A stretch of DNA of 50,202 nucleotides, from positions 1-50,202 of IMG/VR virus record IMGVR_UViG_3300049846_002441. The stretch is one strand, 5' to 3'. The notes below the pieces were generated by a model, which saw only the letters and a program-made list of their open reading frames with translations, searched no databases and was not told the DNA's origin. Positions 45,301 to 50,202 of the stretch are shown piece after piece (position 1 is the stretch's first letter; the number at the start of each line of letters is the position of its first letter). The stretch comes from a virus (lineage: Duplodnaviria > Caudoviricetes). The position numbers were made by a program, and so were the translations under genes.

Positions 45301-47989
45301 AACGACGATCCGGGAGTTCAAGGAGAAGTTTCGCGAGTGGATCGATCAAGGTGCGCCGCGGCCGCCGCGCGACTACGCCGCTGAGATCGCGAAGCGTCGC
45401 GCGAAGGAATTCGAGGATCGGGGCTTTACTGAGGCCGACGCCGACGTCGCATTTGAGTTTGCGGCGCGCCTTAAGCACGCCAAGACCGAGAAGCAGTTCG
45501 CGAGGCTTCTTGAGTTGATCCCGGAATTTCAGGGCAGCGAGATCCGCGCGGTCGGCAAGATTCTTGGTGTCGAAATCCCGAAAGGAATGACCGCCGGTGC
45601 TGCGCTGTTGAAGATCAAGGAATCCGTGAACTTCAAGAACATCAAAGAGCGCGGGCCGATGACGATGTTCTCTGGCCCCGTGACACCGGAGATGCTGAAG
45701 CGCTTGGGTGAGATTTTGTTTGGCGGGCGCGCGGAGTGGATGAGGCATTTCGCGGAGAATGCCAAGATTTTCTCGACCGTTGCCAAGCCTGGCGAGGGGT
45801 TGAAGCGGCTCTGGCGCGGCAGCACATCGATGGGCCGCGCGGTGTTCTATTCGGCGGACGGGCGCGCGCGCGGCGCAGCTAAGCAGTTGAAGTCGAAGAC
45901 GTTGGAAGAGGTCGCCGATATGTTCCACGCCCCGGCCGGGAGCTCGAAGGCGGTTTCGCAGACCTACGAAGAGGCGGTGCAGGAAAAGGTCACGACCGCG
46001 ATGAACGACCTTTCGGAGATCCTGGAGCCGTTTCTCGCGGACAACGCGGCGCTCGAGCAGATCACGCGGATGGTGCAGTCCGGTGCCGGCGACCAACGAT
46101 CGGCGATGGGGAAGGCTGCGGCGGCCGTCCGGAAGGCGCTCCAAGACGAGCTCAAATACCTCAAAGAGGCCGGGGTCGAGATTGGTAACGTTCGGTCTGG
46201 TTATTTCCCGCGCGAGTTCGAGGACATGGCGGTGATGCGCAATCCTGAGGGCTTCCGGAAGGCGGTCGCGAAGGAGTACCGCATGACCGGGCTGGGCGCT
46301 GAAGAGGCGAATGCAGCAGCGGACGCGTTGCTTGACTCGGTGCTGCTCGGCGGCGCCGGTGCGGGCGTCTTCCGCGGTGGCGATGCCGGTGCGCGGCCGG
46401 CGTTCACTGCCGGGCGCGTGTTCGAGAAGGGGGCCGACGCGCGGCTGCGCGAGTTCTACATCCAGGATCCGGTTCGCGTTCTGGGTCAGTACTTCCATCG
46501 ATCGGCGCGCCGCGCTGAGGCGGCCAGGCGGTTCGGAGACAAATGGGAGAAGTGGGCCAAGCTCGAGCATCAAGTGCGCGAGGAGGTTGGCCCGAAAGAT
46601 GCGAGTCACGCAATCGACGATATGCGCGCGCTCGGCATGGTCGCGACCGGCATGAGGACGCACAAGATCAGCCCACGGCTGGTGAACGCTTCCGCGTGGA
46701 TTCGGGCGTGGACCGGCCTCTCACTGCTGGAAAAGGTCAGCATCTCGTCGCTGCAGGAGTTGGTGATGCCCGGTGTTCGCTCGGGCAATTTACTCGATCA
46801 GTTCAAAGGACTCGCGAAGGCCGGCTCAGAGGCGGCGCAAATGATCGGCGGGGGCAAGTCCCGCCGCATCGAGTTCGCCGAGGATTTGGGCATCATCTAT
46901 TCGAACCTTGGCAACAACATCCACGTCGCCCGCTTCTTTGGCGACGACCCGGGCTCGGTCTTCCTGCAGAAAGCAACGCGCAACTTCTTCCGCAACGTCG
47001 GGCTCGAGCAGCTGACCAACGCCACGCGGGCGATCGGCGCCGACACGGCGCAGGTATTCGTCCGCCGGATGGCGCTCGACATCGGCAAGGAGTGGGGCCG
47101 GTTGCACTTGCGCGAGCTCGGGATCCCGAACGAGAAGCAGGCTTCGTTCAAGAAGTGGCTCGAGCAATGGGATGATATGATGCCCGGCGCCGAAGACCTT
47201 CGGGCGAAGGGCGGAAAGTACGACGAAAACACTCGCATGTACCGCACTGCAATTTTGCGGATGGTGAACCAGTCGGTGCAGAACCCGACGCCGGCAACGA
47301 AGCCGACGTGGGCATCACACCCGCTCGGCGCGATTGTATTCCAGCTGAACGCGTTCAACTACGCATTCACGAAGAATGTTCTCGCGCGCGCACACCGGCG
47401 CGGCAAAGAGGCGCTCACCAACACGGAATTGGAGGCGATCGAGCGGGCGAAGCTGGCCGTCACGACGGTTGCGCCGCTGTTGCTCCTGTCGGCGTTCGGT
47501 GTTGGGATCTCCGTCGAGCGCGATCGCATCTTCCGCAAGAAGCGCGAGCCATCGTCAGCGGACAAGGAGGAGATCTTCGACGGCGGGCCGACGCGCGGTG
47601 AGTTCGTTGAAGGCGTTAGGCACGCATCGCGCATCGGCGCTTTCGGCGGCGCCGATCCGTGGGTGAACTTCTTCACGCAGGCGAAGTATGACAAAGACCC
47701 CGCATCGGCGCTGACCGGTCCAGCTGTTGGCGCCGGGCTCAACCTACTGTCACTGACGCCAGAGTTGCTTTGGTGGAATAGCGACAAAACGAACACGACG
47801 GAGCGCGAGGCGGCGAAGTACGCCTACGACTTCGCGATCGAGCCCGCGGCGAACTTGATGCTCAACACCGTGTTTCCGCCGATGTTGCCGTCAGCGTTGG
47901 CGACGCAAGCGCTCGGCTCCGGCGATGTGCGCGAAGAGTTCGTGTCGGCCGTCGCGGGCAAAGAACAGAAGCAGGAGAAGTACTGGTGA
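42374..47989 (+). CDS. Large internal virion/ejection protein (~1870 aa)
   Basis: ATGA overlap; size and position; GYFPR and helical C-terminal half; no muralytic motif recognised. Confidence 0.8.
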   Translation: MSGSWETVYDPRQGPKLPPKPSDVIAEALGSAQFAPTSDSGDWETVARPTHYETPMGPARYVGDGLLEGVDANGAGFLEHISRLPANPVYSKGPHVGYDPARVGVWKASDINDSDLSRRFMVNLNEAAHVNSLGSAVAQRVARGAADAAGYGPEGDAAITKRLQGYEQEFQNLRPWYKADDPLQAITELLTGVGGTVAGAVLDPSSLAGGVGKNVIETFGRGAAANSVADVFTQLLNMDSGVQTEFNPQAEQYDPSTEDFTPTLDAQGRPLPQMQVRGYDPVQTALAGLIGGALPVGVDATFNKEAREQIAALVRAGVDQLRFRRGASSAAPPTPEEIDIVMRDPEIQRILEASGQANSPRADEFADRIAARKAAEGSRPAQTDVSEVSPKAVFDELERQRALKEQGGDGDIDAAFVPPGTPRQVPPAFTVDRAGAARPAQVQGAKARSETDPGLERAVERAGPRMLPAPGRAATNPMTDEAVGIAARQMDLRPEDATARLFQGDRVTEEPSAPGRLVGREEAPPMVAGAIEGQRQAKGAFDLAERQRERLVAGEPPERVRDTQAAGLERGVEPVRVTLDEGNPVKVLRTQVMRDRGGVETEFATVRRYDPRTDEFEPDSIEYQVPVKRLKEGKYTPEPRRAQDFSRRAEGPPAPEKPRMAGPGRPEREPAQTYRATEPDPNEQFPAAGEGRSPLPPQPERTTPPRYSTAEEVMRDFQARQKSQQRSAEFEREARASARYRDAKTSNTPKGTDDAGRWHVDEDGFVLSDKGGPILFAQHEQAAKWIINKGQRKPSDQNFELTNHPTAKAGVSVRETSRTPHPEEFKGKKGLGDEAPRGAAGERSEQSFKKEAGVEEPVRPADETQAPGPSRGEVAEAPTTARADEVSPKARREAPAESESVVTAADLAAEFEKKFGVDADSLTPKELAEAIYRTASMEKREKLMDKFLGSDDTPDMRTFAANTYREATGKQLSPGKTTIREFKEKFREWIDQGAPRPPRDYAAEIAKRRAKEFEDRGFTEADADVAFEFAARLKHAKTEKQFARLLELIPEFQGSEIRAVGKILGVEIPKGMTAGAALLKIKESVNFKNIKERGPMTMFSGPVTPEMLKRLGEILFGGRAEWMRHFAENAKIFSTVAKPGEGLKRLWRGSTSMGRAVFYSADGRARGAAKQLKSKTLEEVADMFHAPAGSSKAVSQTYEEAVQEKVTTAMNDLSEILEPFLADNAALEQITRMVQSGAGDQRSAMGKAAAAVRKALQDELKYLKEAGVEIGNVRSGYFPREFEDMAVMRNPEGFRKAVAKEYRMTGLGAEEANAAADALLDSVLLGGAGAGVFRGGDAGARPAFTAGRVFEKGADARLREFYIQDPVRVLGQYFHRSARRAEAARRFGDKWEKWAKLEHQVREEVGPKDASHAIDDMRALGMVATGMRTHKISPRLVNASAWIRAWTGLSLLEKVSISSLQELVMPGVRSGNLLDQFKGLAKAGSEAAQMIGGGKSRRIEFAEDLGIIYSNLGNNIHVARFFGDDPGSVFLQKATRNFFRNVGLEQLTNATRAIGADTAQVFVRRMALDIGKEWGRLHLRELGIPNEKQASFKKWLEQWDDMMPGAEDLRAKGGKYDENTRMYRTAILRMVNQSVQNPTPATKPTWASHPLGAIVFQLNAFNYAFTKNVLARAHRRGKEALTNTELEAIERAKLAVTTVAPLLLLSAFGVGISVERDRIFRKKREPSSADKEEIFDGGPTRGEFVEGVRHASRIGAFGGADPWVNFFTQAKYDKDPASALTGPAVGAGLNLLSLTPELLWWNSDKTNTTEREAAKYAYDFAIEPAANLMLNTVFPPMLPSALATQALGSGDVREEFVSAVAGKEQKQEKYW

Positions 47990-48546
47990 TCGATCGCACG
48001 GACACGAAGTACGTGATCGTCAGCGCGAGCGGCACCCCGCCGGCAATGGACTTCGGCGCGCAGAGGCTCGCTCTCTGGTACGAGGGGAAGCGATCACGCT
48101 TCTTTTGCCCGTGGCATTTTGTCATCCGCAGAAACGGCAAGGTCGAAGAGGGGCGGTCGGTGCAGTACCGTGGTGAGGCTCCGCACGGGTTCAAGGCGAT
48201 CTCACTCTCAGTATTGCTGGTCGGTGGCCAGAGTGAAGTGAAGTATTGCCGCCCATCACCCAACTATAGCAACGAACAGCGCGCTGCGCTCGAGTCGCTG
48301 CTGAGGCGCCTCAGCGCGCGCTACCCGGGCGTCAAAATCCTGGGATTGAGTCAGGTGCCGGGGGTGGAGATTCGATCAAATCCGGGATTTGATGTGGCGG
48401 CGTGGGCGTCTTCGCGAGACATTACTACCTCTAAAGAGAGCAGCGATGGAGCAACTAATCCCCCTCATTCCGGCACTGGCGCCGGTGTTCAACTTGGTGA
48501 TTTGGCCGATTTACAGGCATTTCATGGCGAAGATCGAAGCGCTTGA
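47986..48546 (+). CDS. T7-lysozyme/Amidase_2-fold protein, apparently non-catalytic
   Basis: HFVIRRNGKVEEGR, SLSVLLVGG, Q.AAL..LL..L...YP, PGFDV align to T7 gp3.5, but the zinc ligands are replaced. Confidence 0.82.
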   Translation: MIDRTDTKYVIVSASGTPPAMDFGAQRLALWYEGKRSRFFCPWHFVIRRNGKVEEGRSVQYRGEAPHGFKAISLSVLLVGGQSEVKYCRPSPNYSNEQRAALESLLRRLSARYPGVKILGLSQVPGVEIRSNPGFDVAAWASSRDITTSKESSDGATNPPHSGTGAGVQLGDLADLQAFHGEDRSA

Positions 48547-48670
48547 GGTGGAAAACCGGGCGCTTCGCGAGAGGTTGCAAGAGCTCGAGATGACACTCCA
48601 TACTGAGTTTTGCAGGCGCGAGACGTGTGACAAACTGACGTCCGAACTGCTGGCTGCAGCAAAAGGCTAA
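48446..48670 (+). CDS. Holin/antiholin-like membrane protein
   Basis: N-terminal hydrophobic segment plus coiled coil, in the lysis cassette. Confidence 0.6.
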   Translation: MEQLIPLIPALAPVFNLVIWPIYRHFMAKIEALEVENRALRERLQELEMTLHTEFCRRETCDKLTSELLAAAKG

Positions 48671-48682
48671 AGGAGATCTAAA

Positions 48683-49279
48683 ATGATTCGCAACACCTTG
48701 GTTTTAACCGTAGTCGCCCTCTCAGCGCTCGCACCGCTCGCCGCGCGCAGCGTGCAGATTGCCGAGCACCCCGAGCAGCGGATTGTAATGGCGCTGGAGG
48801 ACGGCATTCCGGCGGCAGTTGGTCAAGACTTGAAAGATATCACCCCGACGCCGAAGCCGGCGGTTGAGCCCGTAGACAAAACGTCGATCGCGCTCGGGCC
48901 GGCGTTTGACGCGCTTGTTGGTGTCTTCTTGACCTTCGGGTCGGGCATTGTTGGTTGGCTGTCTTGGTGGAAGCAGAAGTTGTTCAAGGCCGAGATGGAC
49001 ACGAAGCAACGAGAGCTTCTCCACGAGGGGATCAAGAACGGAATTCTCTATGCGGCCGAAAAGATCAAGCAGCGGGTCGGCTCCGGCATGAAGATCGATG
49101 TCGGCAACGAGATCATCGCGATCACAGGCCAGTATATGGTCGATAATTCCGCCAAAGTGCTGGGCTATTTCAAGCTGAACGGGCTCGACAAGGGTGATAT
49201 GACCGACCTTGTGACGGCGAACGCGGCAAAGCTCGGCATATCGCTCGACACGGGCAAGTTCGTCGGCGCGGCAGGTTGA
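48683..49279 (+). CDS. Holin-like membrane protein
   Basis: AAGGAG SD; signal-like N-terminus, internal TM helix, QRELLHEGIKNG. Confidence 0.6.
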   Translation: MIRNTLVLTVVALSALAPLAARSVQIAEHPEQRIVMALEDGIPAAVGQDLKDITPTPKPAVEPVDKTSIALGPAFDALVGVFLTFGSGIVGWLSWWKQKLFKAEMDTKQRELLHEGIKNGILYAAEKIKQRVGSGMKIDVGNEIIAITGQYMVDNSAKVLGYFKLNGLDKGDMTDLVTANAAKLGISLDTGKFVGAAG

Positions 49280-49280
49280 C

Positions 49281-49679
49281 ATGCAGTACGTCAAAATTGG
49301 CGGGCTTGTGATCGCCGGGCTGCTCGCCTGGTGGTTCTTCAGCTGGGCGACGTCGCAGATCCGGCGCGGCTATGAGGCCGACGCGCTACAGGCTGAGATT
49401 GACCGCAAGGCCGAGCTTGATGCGGCGGACGCGAAGGCGTACCAAGAAGGCCTCAACGACGGCGCGGCGTCGGCCAAGACCGTCGAGCGCATCAAGGTCG
49501 TCTACAAGAAGGTGCCAGTCCATGCTCAGAGCTCTGACAGTTGCAGCATTGACCCTCGCGCTATCGAGTTGCGGAACGCCGCGCGTCGAGAGGGTTACCG
49601 AGAAGCGGTGCCAGATCCCGGCGCATCTGGCTCTGACACCGACGGAGATGGCGCAACTCCCGCCGAAGCTCACCCTTGA
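49281..49679 (+). CDS. i-spanin (Rz-like)
   Basis: N-terminal TM helix, coiled coil, late Cys (SCSID). Confidence 0.78.
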   Translation: MQYVKIGGLVIAGLLAWWFFSWATSQIRRGYEADALQAEIDRKAELDAADAKAYQEGLNDGAASAKTVERIKVVYKKVPVHAQSSDSCSIDPRAIELRNAARREGYREAVPDPGASGSDTDGDGATPAEAHP

Positions 49680-49824
49680 GGACACCTGGGTCGCTGGGCT
49701 GAACGACGACCAGTATACGCTTGCGCTGATCGATAAGCTGGCGCGGTTGCAGGCGTGGGTTAAGACTCACTGCAACCAGGTTGTGTCGGCGCCGATCCGC
49801 AAGAAGTCGTTTTGGGACTTCTGA
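49522..49824 (+). CDS. o-spanin lipoprotein (Rz1-like)
   Basis: Lipobox LALSS-C; overlaps the i-spanin in another frame; CQIPAHL. Confidence 0.82.
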   Translation: MLRALTVAALTLALSSCGTPRVERVTEKRCQIPAHLALTPTEMAQLPPKLTLEDTWVAGLNDDQYTLALIDKLARLQAWVKTHCNQVVSAPIRKKSFWDF

Positions 49825-50038
49825 CCCCAAGGCTGCCGAGCACCGCGGTAAGCACGACGTTTAGGGCCTCGGCCTCTCGTGCGGACAGGCGCCAGGCGTG
49901 ACGGTCGAACATCTCCCGAACGACGTCTTTTGCTTCATCAAATTCCATGTTTCCTCTCCATGTTGCGAGTCGAGTTCTCCGCCTGGTGTCGCCATCCGTC
50001 GCCTCACTCAGCCGCTTCTCAAGGTCTTCCAGTGTCAT
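49760..50038 (-). CDS. Hypothetical protein, last of the leftward arm (alternative ATG 49948)
   Basis: ATGA overlap with the join-spanning ORF; converges on the o-spanin. Confidence 0.5.
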   Translation of the reverse strand: MTLEDLEKRLSEATDGDTRRRTRLATWRGNMEFDEAKDVVREMFDRHAWRLSAREAEALNVVLTAVLGSLGVRSPKTTSCGSAPTQPGCSES

Positions 50039-50075
50039 TGGCTGGCCTCACGGGCTTTGCGGAGGTTGGCGAGGG

Positions 50076-50202
50076 CGGACTTTGCATCTTCTGTCGCCTT
50101 AACGGTCATAGGCGACCACCATCCGCCGCCGATTTCATCCTCTTGGTTGTTCTTCGTGTCGTGGGCTGCTCGCTTTATCAATTCATCAAGTGCAGCCTCA
50201 AC
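50076..50202. repeat. 127-bp terminal direct repeat, copy 2
   Basis: Identical to 1-127. Confidence 0.95.

Noticed and set aside
44675-46663. 662-aa minus-strand ORF and similar long antisense ORFs (13032..14294, 37860..38972, 28762..29715)
   Set aside because: Shadow frames of GC-rich genes with no recognisable motifs.

Overview
The window is a complete, circularly permuted ~50,075-bp dsDNA phage genome. Bases 1-127 repeat exactly at 50076-50202 and one ORF reads across the join. It is a podovirus-like phage of a Gram-negative host, most likely an alphaproteobacterium (GapR-like gene, CtrA-type boxes, spanins). Layout: a leftward early arm (tyrosine recombinase, Gp37/Gp68 radical-SAM-like protein, Sak4-like AAA ATPase, RecE-like nuclease, many small ORFs); a rightward arm (GapR-Rmf-like fusion, RuvC-like resolvase, displaced virion genes, MT-A70, small replication genes); a second leftward block (DUF3560-methyltransferase, RadC/JAB); TerS and a sharp C/A-to-G/T skew switch at ~25.6 kb; then fibre, TerL, portal, scaffold, capsid, short-tail and ejection proteins, and a lysis cassette. 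No CI/Cro repressor, polymerase, primase, helicase, tRNA or CRISPR array was recognised. Strongest leads: (1) a three-hairpin RNA at the main divergence point whose seed is complementary to a GCAACG+Shine-Dalgarno motif found before several leftward genes, a candidate RNA-based switch; (2) an array of small genes joined by 17-30 bp junction repeats and sitting between the two recombination genes; (3) a T7-lysozyme homologue lacking all zinc ligands as the only endolysin candidate; (4) four CtrA-type boxes; (5) several structured intergenic RNAs. All family calls are by eye from remembered motifs; no database search was run.
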